Shown piece after piece: positions 31,537 through 42,067 of a stretch of 64,000 nt of DNA (within the stretch, counting starts at the first letter, position 1; each line of letters starts with the position of its first letter). The notes under the pieces were generated by a model that saw only the letters and a list, made by a program, of their open reading frames with translations, did no database searches and was not told the DNA's origin. The stretch is from NCBI GenBank assembly GCA_019058245.1, contig JAHPZJ010000017.1, forward strand, positions 43,134 through 107,133. The letters are read 5' to 3'. The DNA is from Promethearchaeota archaeon (GTDB taxonomy: Archaea; Asgardarchaeota; Lokiarchaeia; Sigyniarchaeales; SOKP01). Both the position numbers and the translations under genes were made by a program.

Positions 31537-32349
31537 ATGATACTGGAAAAAACTGTTGATCTAGTTAAAAATATTCATCAAGTTCACAAAATCATCCCCC
31601 CTAAAATAATTAAAGTTGTGATTGGACTAGGTTATACTTGTGTAGAGGTTTTTACTTATGCTTATAAAACCTTTTTAGGATTAGCATCAACATTACCAAA
31701 TATAATTTCGAATACAGATTGCAGTAAAATCAATTTTGCTGGTGAACTTACCAATTACTCTCTCAATGAGCTTTTAAGTTGGTCACTTGAAGTACCCAAT
31801 CTTAAAAAAATCATAGGAATCGCAACATTGAATGCTGTTTCTCAACATATATTAAAATTCATGAATCCTTACCAAAAAATTGAAAATAATTTATTATCTT
31901 TCCTTAATATTGATAAAAACACAAGTGTTACTTTTATAGGATTAATCAAGCCACTAATTAGAGATTGTAGTAAAATATCAAAAAAGATTACAATTATAGA
32001 GGATTCAATCGCAATAACGTCAGAATTTAAGAAATTTAAGAATAGAAATAATCTTAATCAATTAGAAGAGGATGAGCTTCAAACTGATATATTATTTTGT
32101 ACGGGATCTGCATTAGTAAATAATACTATTGAATCAATTTTGGAAAAGTTTAGAAGGAGAGCTCAAAAAATAATTTTAATTGGTCCCACTGCGAGTTTGA
32201 TTCCTGATATTTTATTTGATAATGGTGTTGATATAGTTTCCGGGATGGAAATCATTGATTCAAGAGCAACAATACAAGTTGTGCAAGAAGGAGGAGGCAC
32301 TAAATTATTTAAAAAGTATGGAAAAAAATATAACTTAATTAATGATTAA
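31537..32349 (+). CDS. DUF364 (Rossmann-like) family protein
   Basis: IGIATLNAVSQ, FIGLIKP, CTGSALVNNT, IGPTAS. Confidence 0.8.
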   Translation: MILEKTVDLVKNIHQVHKIIPPKIIKVVIGLGYTCVEVFTYAYKTFLGLASTLPNIISNTDCSKINFAGELTNYSLNELLSWSLEVPNLKKIIGIATLNAVSQHILKFMNPYQKIENNLLSFLNIDKNTSVTFIGLIKPLIRDCSKISKKITIIEDSIAITSEFKKFKNRNNLNQLEEDELQTDILFCTGSALVNNTIESILEKFRRRAQKIILIGPTASLIPDILFDNGVDIVSGMEIIDSRATIQVVQEGGGTKLFKKYGKKYNLIND

Positions 32350-32496
32350 ATTGTTTTATTTTATTGTAGTTTTTCCATAATTTTCAAATTGCGTTGAACT
32401 ATATTAAAATAAAAATCATAATGAAATAGATTACTTTTATTTGGATTATAATATTTTTAAGAATTTTACTAAATTAGTTAGGGAGGTACATAATAA

Positions 32497-33027
32497 ATGT
32501 CTCAACAAATTTATACCTTTAAAACTATAGTAGTTGGTCCGGCAGCAGTAGGAAAATCCAGTCTTATACGTAGATTTGTAGAAAATAAGTTTTCTTTAAA
32601 TTACAAATTCACAATAGGTGTTGATTTCATGAGTAAAAGTATAGACTTCGAAACAGGAAAATCTGCTAAACTTACACTATGGGATATTGGAGGACAAGAC
32701 CGGTTTAAAGTATTACGTAGAAGTTTTTATGAAGGAACCAATGGAGCGATTGGGGTATTTGATCTTTCGAGAGCTCAAACTTTTTCAAAAATGAAAGAAT
32801 GGGTTTCAGATGCACGTCAAACCATTGAAACTGATTTTCCAGTTATTATAATTGGAAATAAATCTGATTTAATTGCTGATGTGGGGGTGGTTATTGATCG
32901 AAATGAGGTAAAACAATTCGCTGAGAAAGAAAAAACAATTTATATTGAGACTTCTGCTAAAACAGGAGACAATGTTGAAGAAGCTTTTCTTGAACTTACA
33001 AAAAGAATGATAAAAGAATGTTCTTAA
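32497..33027 (+). CDS. Rab-like small GTPase
   Basis: G1 GPAAVGKS, TIGVDF, WDIGGQ, NKSD, ETSAK. Confidence 0.95.
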   Translation: MSQQIYTFKTIVVGPAAVGKSSLIRRFVENKFSLNYKFTIGVDFMSKSIDFETGKSAKLTLWDIGGQDRFKVLRRSFYEGTNGAIGVFDLSRAQTFSKMKEWVSDARQTIETDFPVIIIGNKSDLIADVGVVIDRNEVKQFAEKEKTIYIETSAKTGDNVEEAFLELTKRMIKECS

Positions 33028-33233
33028 TTAATAAATAAGATAGAATTTACCATTAACTTAATTTGACTGTATATTTTTTACTCTTTTTGAGGTCTCTAAT
33101 TCTATTATTTTCAATTTCTGAGTTATTTTTATTTGAAAATTTAAGATATACTTTAATTTAAATATCGAAAAACATGAATATAAATTGATAAATTCTTATT
33201 CTTTGTTTACATAAAAAAGTATTTTCTACTCAA

Positions 33234-33758
33234 ATGACAGACTATACTTTTAAGATATTGGTTATTGGACCTGCTGCAGTAGGAAAATCTAGTTTAATAC
33301 GACGATTTGTTGATAATGAGTTTTCATTTCAATATAAATTCACTATTGGGGTAGATTTTATGACTAAGAATATTGTTAATAACCTAAATAAAAATATTAG
33401 ACTAACCATTTGGGATATAGGTGGGCAAGATCGATTTAAAATATTACTACGGAGTTTTTACGATGGTGCACATGGGGCTATAGTAGTTTTTGATCTCTCA
33501 AGACCCTTTACCTATTCAAAAATGAAAGATTGGATTTCTAATATGTACAAAATAATGCAAAAAAGAATCCCTATTGTAATATTAGGAAATAAGCTGGATT
33601 TAGTAAGTGAAATTGGCGAAACAATAGATCGAAATGATCCTTATAAATACGCTGAGAAAGAACGTTACTTTTATTTAGAAACATCTGCTAAAACGGGGGA
33701 AAATGTAGATATAGCTTTCACAGAAATTACGCATAGAATTTTAGATAAAAATTATTAA
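33234..33758 (+). CDS. Rab-like small GTPase
   Basis: GPAAVGKS, TIGVDF, WDIGGQ, NKLD, ETSAK. Confidence 0.95.
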   Translation: MTDYTFKILVIGPAAVGKSSLIRRFVDNEFSFQYKFTIGVDFMTKNIVNNLNKNIRLTIWDIGGQDRFKILLRSFYDGAHGAIVVFDLSRPFTYSKMKDWISNMYKIMQKRIPIVILGNKLDLVSEIGETIDRNDPYKYAEKERYFYLETSAKTGENVDIAFTEITHRILDKNY

Positions 33759-33895
33759 TTTATAGTCTTCAAAAGTTTATTTTATAATTCTTAGAATGAA
33801 TTAAAGTCAATTTTTTTTTCTATTTAAATTCGATGATCTAGAAAATTTTTAAAAAGCTAACTAAGATAATTTATTAAAAGAAGTTTTGATACATT

Positions 33896-34432
33896 ATGAC
33901 TCTTTATGTATTTAAAGTTTTAATAATAGGACCGGGAGCTGTAGGAAAAACTTCACTTTTACACAGATTTGTAGAAGATAACTTCTCTTTTAGGTATAAA
34001 TTAACGATTGGTGCGGATTTTTTATCTAAAGTTATTCAAGAATATCCAAAACCAGGATCAACAATAAAAATGCAAATATGGGATATCGGAGGTCAAGAAC
34101 GATATAAATTCCTAAGATCCAGCTTTTTTGATGGTGCTAATGGAGCATTAATAGTATTCGATTTATCTCGATGGCGTACATTTGAAGAAATCGATGAATG
34201 GTTATCAGATTTGTATGAATATGCAGGTGATGATGTCCCTTTTGCGTTAATAGGAAATAAGGCAGATCTAATTAACTCAAAAAACGAGCTTTACGAACGA
34301 GAAAGTGCTCAAGTATTTGCTAAGAAAGAAAATACATTTTACATAGAAACTTCAGCAAAAACAGGTGAAAAGGTAGAAGATGCTTTTTTGAATTTGGCAG
34401 AATTAATGATTAAAAACATCCGTTCTAATTAA
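33896..34432 (+). CDS. Rab-like small GTPase
   Basis: GPGAVGKT, TIGADF, KMQIWDIGGQE, NKAD, ETSAK. Confidence 0.95.
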   Translation: MTLYVFKVLIIGPGAVGKTSLLHRFVEDNFSFRYKLTIGADFLSKVIQEYPKPGSTIKMQIWDIGGQERYKFLRSSFFDGANGALIVFDLSRWRTFEEIDEWLSDLYEYAGDDVPFALIGNKADLINSKNELYERESAQVFAKKENTFYIETSAKTGEKVEDAFLNLAELMIKNIRSN

Positions 34433-34441
34433 GATATTCAT

Positions 34442-37400
34442 TTATTCTATTATTTTAAACAATGCAAATGATAGAATGTTTGTATAGAATTTGGATTTAT
34501 TTCTTTTAATCATCTCATTTTTAAGATCTTCATATTCGAATGAAATGTCATCCAATTTCCTTTTGGTTAAGATAATATCCTTATTGATAAAATTAATTTC
34601 TTCTTCTAATTTTTTAATATTGTCTAATCGATCTTGTTTTTTCACCGCATCTGTTATTTTTTCTATATTATGTAGTTGTCTTGCTGTCGGCCTTTTATTA
34701 TTATTTCGTTCCAATCTCTGATTTAATGATTCAAGTTTAAAATTTAAGGTTCTTTTTTTATGAGAATAAATTTTTTCTTTTTTTTTCATTTCTCGATCAA
34801 AGATCTTATCATTTAGAATTTTAATTTCTCTTTTCCAGTTTGATGTCTTTGATTTTATAATTTTTTTAGCTTTTTGTTGGAGTTCACTTATAAAGTTATA
34901 ATCTAATGATATCATCTCTGGAGAATCTTTAAATAAAAAAATCTCATTGAAGTTTTTGATATCTAGAACTTTATCTGATAAGTTTACAATTTCATTACCA
35001 GTGTTGTCGATAACTATTGCAATAATTTGATTTTCGATTATATAACCCTGAAATTTTACTGAAAAAATGAATAGATATAACTCATCAGTACTGATTGATT
35101 TTAAATTCAATAATTTTTCCAATTCTTTCTTTTTAAGATATAAAACACTAAAATTACCATGAAATGATTCACTTTTAATAAAATCTAAAATATTATTAAT
35201 TAAAGGATGTCCTAAGGCAAAAAAATCAATTTCCTCTTTTTTCCTTGCAAGATCAAGATTAAATGTTCCAATATACTCTTTTGCAACGGTGTAATTGAAA
35301 TTTTTTAATAAACTATCTTTGACTTCCATTTTTGATTTGAATTCATAATTTTTTTTCGCATCTTCAGAACTATCATACATATCTTCAAAAGTTCCATAAA
35401 GGTGATTATCAAGATTGAAAAAATGCTTAATTAATAGGTATAGTTCATTATGGGTTAATTGTACATCTGTGCAAGATGCTAATGAACTTATAAGACCTTC
35501 CATCTGAAATGATCTTCTATCAATCATTAAATCATCTAATTGTATTTCAATTTCTTTTGCTCTTCTTATTTCTTCGTCAAGAGTTCTATAAAATTCGTTT
35601 AATTTCTTTCGTTTTTTCCCATTCTCTTCAGCGAAAATTACACCTTTGAAATCTTTTTCTATTGTTCCGATAATTGGTTCCAAAATTCCTATTGATTCTT
35701 CAAAAAGATTAATCCTTTTAATAATAGCATGTATTATGTCTGTTTCCACAGTTCCTTCCATAAATATATTGTAAATGTATATTTCTTTTGATTCTTGACC
35801 AATTCTATCAAGTCTTCCTATCCTTTGTTCAAGTCTCATAGGATTCCAAGGTAAATCATAATTTATCAAAACACGACAGAATTGGAAATTTCGCCCTTCA
35901 CCACCGATTTCAGTAGAAATTAAGATTGAAAATTTTTGGCTTGATCTGAATCTTTCAACTGCTTCATCTTTTTGCAGCTTATCTAATCCTCCATAAAACA
36001 ATTCAACTGTATAGTCATGATCAAGACTCTCAATCAATGATTTAATAAATTTTAATGTATCAACGAACTGAGTAAAGATAATAATCTTTTCTTTATGATT
36101 TTGTGAATAGATTTGGTTTATTATTTCTATTAATTTATCTGATTTTGAATCATAGGGTAAAGCTTTTAATTTATCATAAAATTCTTTTAAAATTTTCTCT
36201 TGATTGAAAAGATTTACTGCTTCTTCTTTTTTTTTCTTGAATTCTTTATTATCAAAAAAATCAATTCGTTCTATATCGAGATATTGATCCTCTAGTTCTG
36301 ATTCGTAATATTCAGGATCCTCCTGTTTAATTATAGCAGGATCAAGAAAAATGTCTTTATACCTGTCAATTTGTTCAAGTCTTCTTTCCAAGCTTTTCAA
36401 AAACGCGAACTTAGAACTTGTTAATAATTTTTGTAATGTGGTTATAATAAAACCAATTCCCACATTATCTTTACTTACAGAAGAATTATAAATTTTAGCT
36501 AGATATAAGCGGATTTCATTATAAATGTCTAATTCTTGTTGATTGGGATTAACCATAATCGTATTTACTATTCTTTTATTTATTAACTCTTTAGAAAATA
36601 CGTTTTTTTTCCGATTTCTAATTAAAAATTTAGATAATGTATGATCTTCTTCAATTCTTCTTACTAAGTTTGATTTAAAGGAACTATTTTGAATTTGAGA
36701 TAGTATCTGGTTAATTTCCCTTTTTTTATCAATATATCTGAGATCTTTTAGAAGTTTTATCGTGTTTTTTACTTCAAAATTATTCAGCTTATCAAGATTA
36801 TTCAAATTTGAAATCAGTAAATTAATAAAGGGCATGTTTTTTCTAAAATGCTCAAAATCACTGAAATTTTCAAAAACGTCTGGATGAATAAGCTCAATTA
36901 GAGAAAATAATTCAAATGAGTGAAGTTGTAAAGGAGTAGCAGTCAATAAAAGCATACCTTCCGAATTGATACTTAATTTTTTCGCTAATTCATAGTTAAG
37001 AGTTTCTCGAAAGTTTCCAGTCATTGCATTAATTAAATACCTTCTTAAATGGTGAGCTTCGTCAAAAATTACAATGTCCCAATTGATATTGGATAAGAGT
37101 TCGATATATTTTCTACTTCGCGCAAATTGAAGTGAACAAATAATTAGATTATCATAATAAAAAGGATTCTGGAGAATTTCTAGATGTTTATAATTTCCCT
37201 TATTTTTTAGTTCTTTAACTTTTTTACCGTCATATATAGTGAAATTGATATTAAATTTATTTTGCATTTCAAACTGCCATTGTTTCACTAAGGATGCGGG
37301 AACTATAATTAAGATACGCTCTGCTAAATCTCTTGCCATCATTTCTTTAATATATATGCCAGCTTCAATTGTTTTTCCAAGCCCAACTTCGTCAGCTAAA

Positions 37401-38050
37401 ATAATTCTTGGAAAATGCTCTTCAGATAAACGATGTGTAACATTTATCTGGTGAGGCATTAATGACAAGCGCGAATTCGTAATACATTTGATTTGATATG
37501 ATTTATAATAAGAATAAAACAAATTTGCCCAATATTTAATCAAAAAATTTTTAGGAGGATCGATTATCTGCTTTGAAATAAGACTTTTAATGGGTGTTTC
37601 ATATTTAGAATAAATTTCATTTTCAAAAATCTGAGATTTTTTACCATTTTCCATTAAAAGTTCATAAGAAATTATTCCATCCTTAATCAGGAAATCCTTT
37701 TTATTTATATAACCAATACCTTGTTTAGTAACAATTTGATCATCTTTTTCAAATATATAATGAATGAGATCAATTGGATGGATTAACTTAATTATGTTAT
37801 TTCTGAAAGAGACCTTAAATTTAGTAATAAAATAAGTATCATCTTCATCCAAAGATTTTGAAGTAGGGATTTCTATTTTTTTTATTACTCTTCCTATTCC
37901 TAAATCAGGATTTAACCTATATATAACTAGGTTACCTACATTAAATTTTTGCCCTTGACAATATATATTAAAACATTTAAAAAATCTTGATTCTAGTTCT
38001 TTTCCACAGAAGGAGCAGTTATATTTATGAGGACTTATATTTAAAACCAT
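34442..38050 (-). CDS. SNF2-family helicase (RapA/HepA-like) with N-terminal Zn-ribbon
   Basis: LADEVGLGKTIEAG, DEAHH, LLLTATP, GGEGRNFQF, DLPWNPMRLEQRIGRLDRIGQ; N-terminal CSFC..CFNIYC; C-terminal coiled coil. Confidence 0.92.
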   Translation of the reverse strand: MVLNISPHKYNCSFCGKELESRFFKCFNIYCQGQKFNVGNLVIYRLNPDLGIGRVIKKIEIPTSKSLDEDDTYFITKFKVSFRNNIIKLIHPIDLIHYIFEKDDQIVTKQGIGYINKKDFLIKDGIISYELLMENGKKSQIFENEIYSKYETPIKSLISKQIIDPPKNFLIKYWANLFYSYYKSYQIKCITNSRLSLMPHQINVTHRLSEEHFPRIILADEVGLGKTIEAGIYIKEMMARDLAERILIIVPASLVKQWQFEMQNKFNINFTIYDGKKVKELKNKGNYKHLEILQNPFYYDNLIICSLQFARSRKYIELLSNINWDIVIFDEAHHLRRYLINAMTGNFRETLNYELAKKLSINSEGMLLLTATPLQLHSFELFSLIELIHPDVFENFSDFEHFRKNMPFINLLISNLNNLDKLNNFEVKNTIKLLKDLRYIDKKREINQILSQIQNSSFKSNLVRRIEEDHTLSKFLIRNRKKNVFSKELINKRIVNTIMVNPNQQELDIYNEIRLYLAKIYNSSVSKDNVGIGFIITTLQKLLTSSKFAFLKSLERRLEQIDRYKDIFLDPAIIKQEDPEYYESELEDQYLDIERIDFFDNKEFKKKKEEAVNLFNQEKILKEFYDKLKALPYDSKSDKLIEIINQIYSQNHKEKIIIFTQFVDTLKFIKSLIESLDHDYTVELFYGGLDKLQKDEAVERFRSSQKFSILISTEIGGEGRNFQFCRVLINYDLPWNPMRLEQRIGRLDRIGQESKEIYIYNIFMEGTVETDIIHAIIKRINLFEESIGILEPIIGTIEKDFKGVIFAEENGKKRKKLNEFYRTLDEEIRRAKEIEIQLDDLMIDRRSFQMEGLISSLASCTDVQLTHNELYLLIKHFFNLDNHLYGTFEDMYDSSEDAKKNYEFKSKMEVKDSLLKNFNYTVAKEYIGTFNLDLARKKEEIDFFALGHPLINNILDFIKSESFHGNFSVLYLKKKELEKLLNLKSISTDELYLFIFSVKFQGYIIENQIIAIVIDNTGNEIVNLSDKVLDIKNFNEIFLFKDSPEMISLDYNFISELQQKAKKIIKSKTSNWKREIKILNDKIFDREMKKKEKIYSHKKRTLNFKLESLNQRLERNNNKRPTARQLHNIEKITDAVKKQDRLDNIKKLEEEINFINKDIILTKRKLDDISFEYEDLKNEMIKRNKSKFYTNILSFALFKIIE

Positions 38051-38119
38051 TATCTTTATATTATAATTAATATAGGGACAAGTAAAAATTTTAGTATTTT
38101 AAATAAAAAGTGATAGAAA

Positions 38120-38980
38120 ATGTCAGATGCCGGGATTGAACCTACTTACATTGGCAAAAATGAAAATCTTGTTTTTGTTATTCCTAATAAGCTATTTAAC
38201 ATGAGTTTAGGTCCAGAAGAAGCTTTAAATCGAGAATCAGCTAAATTGCTTAGTAAATATCTTAGAGGAATTTTTAAAGGATTCCAACAGGCAAGGAAAA
38301 CAAAGTATGGTAATGAAAACAATCAAAAAACAACAGTTTCATCAGATTTTTGGGAGAAATTTGAAAAAAAGGCAAAACAACTTGAAGTCGATCTCATTGG
38401 ATATACACCTGTAAATAAAAATTATATTTTTAAAAGTTTGAAGGTATATGGTAAAAATGCTGTAATACTTGGAATGGAAATGAAATGGGATAAAATTAAA
38501 CAGGCTCCTGGAGCTATTTGTGAAATAGAAGCATTTCGAGTCTATAAAGTTCTAGGTGACATTACAATTCAATTAACAGAATATCTAAAAAATCAAGGTT
38601 ATAAAAGTGAAACTCACCATCCATTTGGAGGAAAACTTCTGTTTGGACCTCATGCTTCTGCAGCAAATTTGGGTATTATGGGACGAAACGGATTAATAAT
38701 ATCACCTGAATTTGGCCCCCGACAAAGATGGAGCATAATTACTACTGATGCTGAGATTCCTAATACAAAAAAGAGAGATTTTACTGATTTAAAAGAATTC
38801 TGTGAAAAATGTGGTGCCTGTGTACGAAATTGTAAAGGAGATTCTGTTTACGAAACACCGATAAAAAAAGAAAATGGTATAATTACACATATAGATCGAT
38901 CTAAATGTATTCAAAGTATATTAGATAATAATTATTGTAGTTATTGCCTTAAGATTTGTATGCCTCAAAATCATTCTTAA
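38120..38980 (+). CDS. Reductive dehalogenase / QueG-like cobalamin + 4Fe-4S protein
   Basis: LGIMGRNGLIISPEFGPRQR, FCEKCGACVRNC, C..CSYCLKIC. Confidence 0.75.
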   Translation: MSDAGIEPTYIGKNENLVFVIPNKLFNMSLGPEEALNRESAKLLSKYLRGIFKGFQQARKTKYGNENNQKTTVSSDFWEKFEKKAKQLEVDLIGYTPVNKNYIFKSLKVYGKNAVILGMEMKWDKIKQAPGAICEIEAFRVYKVLGDITIQLTEYLKNQGYKSETHHPFGGKLLFGPHASAANLGIMGRNGLIISPEFGPRQRWSIITTDAEIPNTKKRDFTDLKEFCEKCGACVRNCKGDSVYETPIKKENGIITHIDRSKCIQSILDNNYCSYCLKICMPQNHS

Positions 38981-39068
38981 ATTTAAGGATAATATTTTTA
39001 TAATAGTTATATTCAAATTAAAATGACCTTTTAATTAAACAATAATAAATCTATTTTCTTGAAATAAA

Positions 39069-41831
39069 ATGACTGAATCTAATAATAAAATACCTGGTGA
39101 TAAAATCAAAGGAAAAGATTCAATCGAGATACTTAAAAAAGTTAATACTGCAGCTAATTATTGTTATAATTGTAATCGTTGTAATAATGTATGTCCAACT
39201 GCTTTTCTCGATATCTTTTATCCGCGTAGTCTAATTACAGATTTAACTTTTCTAACACCAGAGGAAGCTTTGCAAAATAATGATATTTGGAAGTGTCTCA
39301 CATGTGGTTTATGTTCAATCTATTGCCCCATGACTAAAGAAAGCACTGGAGTAAATTTTACGCAAATTATTAAGGATCTTCGATCTCTTGCTTCAGATTA
39401 TAAGCCATTACAAGAGGGATTATTAAGTTGTAATCATGAGAGGGTATATTCTAGTCTACCGAAATTAATGGCTGAAGACAAAATTAAATTTACTAATAAG
39501 ATTGGTTTTCTTGATGGAACAGGATTAAAGACGACATATAAAGGAGAAATTGGTTATTTTATGGGATGTGTTCCCTTTTTAACAGGTGCGGCTCCTTGTG
39601 TTGTAGGATGCCCTGCTGGAGTAGACGTTCAAGGATACGTCTCGCTTATAGCAGAAGGTAAATTCCAAGAAGCTCTCGATCTTATTAGAGAAACTAATCC
39701 ATTACCATATTTATGTGGGAGAATTTGTACAGCTCAATGTGCATTAAATTGTAACCGTCAATATTTCGATGATCCCGTAGCTATTCGTGAACTTAAAAGA
39801 TTTGTTTGTGATTGGGAAAAAGAGCATCCTAACCAAAGCAGAATAAAACCAGTTCCACAGACTAAGGAGAAGGTTGCCATTATTGGAGCTGGACCAGGAG
39901 GATTATCAGCAGCATATTTCCTTGCAAGAATGGGATATAAACCTACAATTTTCGAGAAAGGAGATAAAATTGGCGGCGTAGTAAGATATGGAGTCCCACA
40001 ATATAGACTTTCTGATGAAGCATTTGACCAAGACATTAAATTCATAAAGAGTATGGGTGTGGAAATTGTTTTAAACAAAGAATTTGGTCCCAATTATACC
40101 TTAGAAGATATTTGGAAAGACGGATATAAAGCAGTCTTCATTGCTGTAGGTTTATATGTACCAAAAACTCTTAGACTCGAAGGAGAAAACTTACCTAATG
40201 TAGATGTTGCAATTGATTTTCTGCTAGAACGAAAATATAAGTGTGCTGAAAATCCAGAAGAGTTTAAAGGCAAAACTTTTGGTATTATTGGAGGTGGTGC
40301 AGTTGCAATAGATGTTGCTGAGACAGTAGTCCGACTTGGAGCAACTAAAGCGAATTTAGTTGACATATTAAGTGAAGATGCTCTTAAAAATATACTTAAA
40401 GATTTACATGAAGCTGAACGAGAAGTAATTGAATATCATTTTGAAACATCTACAGCTAAGATCACTCAAGAACCAGATGAAAAATTAGCATTAAATTGTT
40501 ATAAAATTGAATGGGGAGACCCTGATCCCCAAACTGGGAGAAGACCACTGAATAAAATTATTGGTTCAGAATATAAAATTATTGTTGACTATATTGTGAT
40601 AGCAATAGGGCAAGGTCTTAATGCAGAACCACTTCTTGTTGCTACTGAAAGCCAGTTAAATATTGATAGGGGAAAAGTTATAGTTGATAATCTAACCTAT
40701 GAAACTAGCATTCCAGGAGTTTTTGCTGGCGGAGATATCATTAATAACTCATTAATGTGTGCTGTCGATGCTATTGGTGATGGAAGGGAAGCGGCTTATT
40801 CGATTGACAGATATCTCCGAGGAATTGATTTAAAAGAAGGAAGAATTAGAAAGAATGATCTAAAAAGGTCTACTATACCTAAAAAATATATTCAAGTTCA
40901 AGCATGTCAAGACATGAATTATATACCTGGTCCTGAGCGATTGGCTTGTTTTGATGAAATGGAGTTAGGATTTACTGAGAAACAAGCGAAAGAAGAATCT
41001 AATCGATGTTTGAATTGTAATTGTTGCTGTAATTCTGATCAAATCCCAGAGGATTATGACAATGCGCTTGATCCTTCTGGAATTATGATATGTGATTATG
41101 GAAATCAAAATATGTGGCCTTCAATAAATGCACCTAATTATTATAATATTCCCAAAAGTGTAATAGGTTTATTAAACCAAAATGATATAGTTCCTGTTGT
41201 TTTACCAGAAGAAAAATGTTGTGGACATGATGCTCTTTGGCGTGGAGATTTTGAAACATTTAAATCTCTCGCGGAATATAATGTTAAATTATTTAAAGAT
41301 GCGGGAGTTAAGACGCTAGTCTTTAGCTGCGCTGAAGGATATTATACGTGGAAACATGAATATAAAAATTTGTTTAAAAGTAGTAATGACTTCGATTTTG
41401 AGATATATCATATTACTGAATATATTTTAAAAAAAAATCTACTAGAAAGTATAACATTTCCTGACTATGAAAAAATTAAAGTAACTTACCATGATCCTTG
41501 TAGACTTGGGAGAATGAGCGGCGTTTTTGATGCTCCTCGTGAAGTATTAAAACTTATACCTTCCATAGAATTAGTTGAAATGGAGGATACAAAGCAAGAT
41601 GCAGAATGTTGTGGTGTTTCTGCATATATTTCATGTAATCAAGATTCGAAAAAATTACAGGAAAAAAAAATATTAAGCGCAATAGAAACTGGAGCAAAAT
41701 ATCTTATTACAGCATGCCCTAAATGTATTGCTCATTTAAATTGCTATCTAAACGAGAATAGAGAATTAAAAAATAAAATGGAAGTTGTCGATATCGTTAG
41801 CTTTCTTGGAAAATTACTCTTTTTAATTTAA
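39069..41831 (+). CDS. HdrD-like heterodisulfide reductase (2x4Fe-4S + CCG domains) with inserted NfnB/GltD-like FAD/NAD(P)H module
   Basis: CYNCNRCNNVCP, CLTCGLCSIYCP, YFMGC; then APCxxGCP, CGRIC, GAGPGG, GGGAVA, FAGGD, RCLNC; then EKCCG, YHDPC, CCG, TACPKC. Confidence 0.85.
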   Translation: MTESNNKIPGDKIKGKDSIEILKKVNTAANYCYNCNRCNNVCPTAFLDIFYPRSLITDLTFLTPEEALQNNDIWKCLTCGLCSIYCPMTKESTGVNFTQIIKDLRSLASDYKPLQEGLLSCNHERVYSSLPKLMAEDKIKFTNKIGFLDGTGLKTTYKGEIGYFMGCVPFLTGAAPCVVGCPAGVDVQGYVSLIAEGKFQEALDLIRETNPLPYLCGRICTAQCALNCNRQYFDDPVAIRELKRFVCDWEKEHPNQSRIKPVPQTKEKVAIIGAGPGGLSAAYFLARMGYKPTIFEKGDKIGGVVRYGVPQYRLSDEAFDQDIKFIKSMGVEIVLNKEFGPNYTLEDIWKDGYKAVFIAVGLYVPKTLRLEGENLPNVDVAIDFLLERKYKCAENPEEFKGKTFGIIGGGAVAIDVAETVVRLGATKANLVDILSEDALKNILKDLHEAEREVIEYHFETSTAKITQEPDEKLALNCYKIEWGDPDPQTGRRPLNKIIGSEYKIIVDYIVIAIGQGLNAEPLLVATESQLNIDRGKVIVDNLTYETSIPGVFAGGDIINNSLMCAVDAIGDGREAAYSIDRYLRGIDLKEGRIRKNDLKRSTIPKKYIQVQACQDMNYIPGPERLACFDEMELGFTEKQAKEESNRCLNCNCCCNSDQIPEDYDNALDPSGIMICDYGNQNMWPSINAPNYYNIPKSVIGLLNQNDIVPVVLPEEKCCGHDALWRGDFETFKSLAEYNVKLFKDAGVKTLVFSCAEGYYTWKHEYKNLFKSSNDFDFEIYHITEYILKKNLLESITFPDYEKIKVTYHDPCRLGRMSGVFDAPREVLKLIPSIELVEMEDTKQDAECCGVSAYISCNQDSKKLQEKKILSAIETGAKYLITACPKCIAHLNCYLNENRELKNKMEVVDIVSFLGKLLFLI

Positions 41832-42067
41832 TTTTCATTTTTGAATAAAATCTTAAATAGTTCTAAATAATAATCTATTTATAGTTTTTCTTTTACAAAT
41901 TTGTATATATTCCTATTTTATTTCCCAATTAATTACATAAAAGTGCTGGTTATTAATTTAATATGGGAGATTTTTTAGATTAACAAGTAACCTTTAAAAT
42001 TTTGATAATTTATTTTTAATATCTATAATCTATTCAAAATATAAATATACAACTAGTTGTAAAAAAC

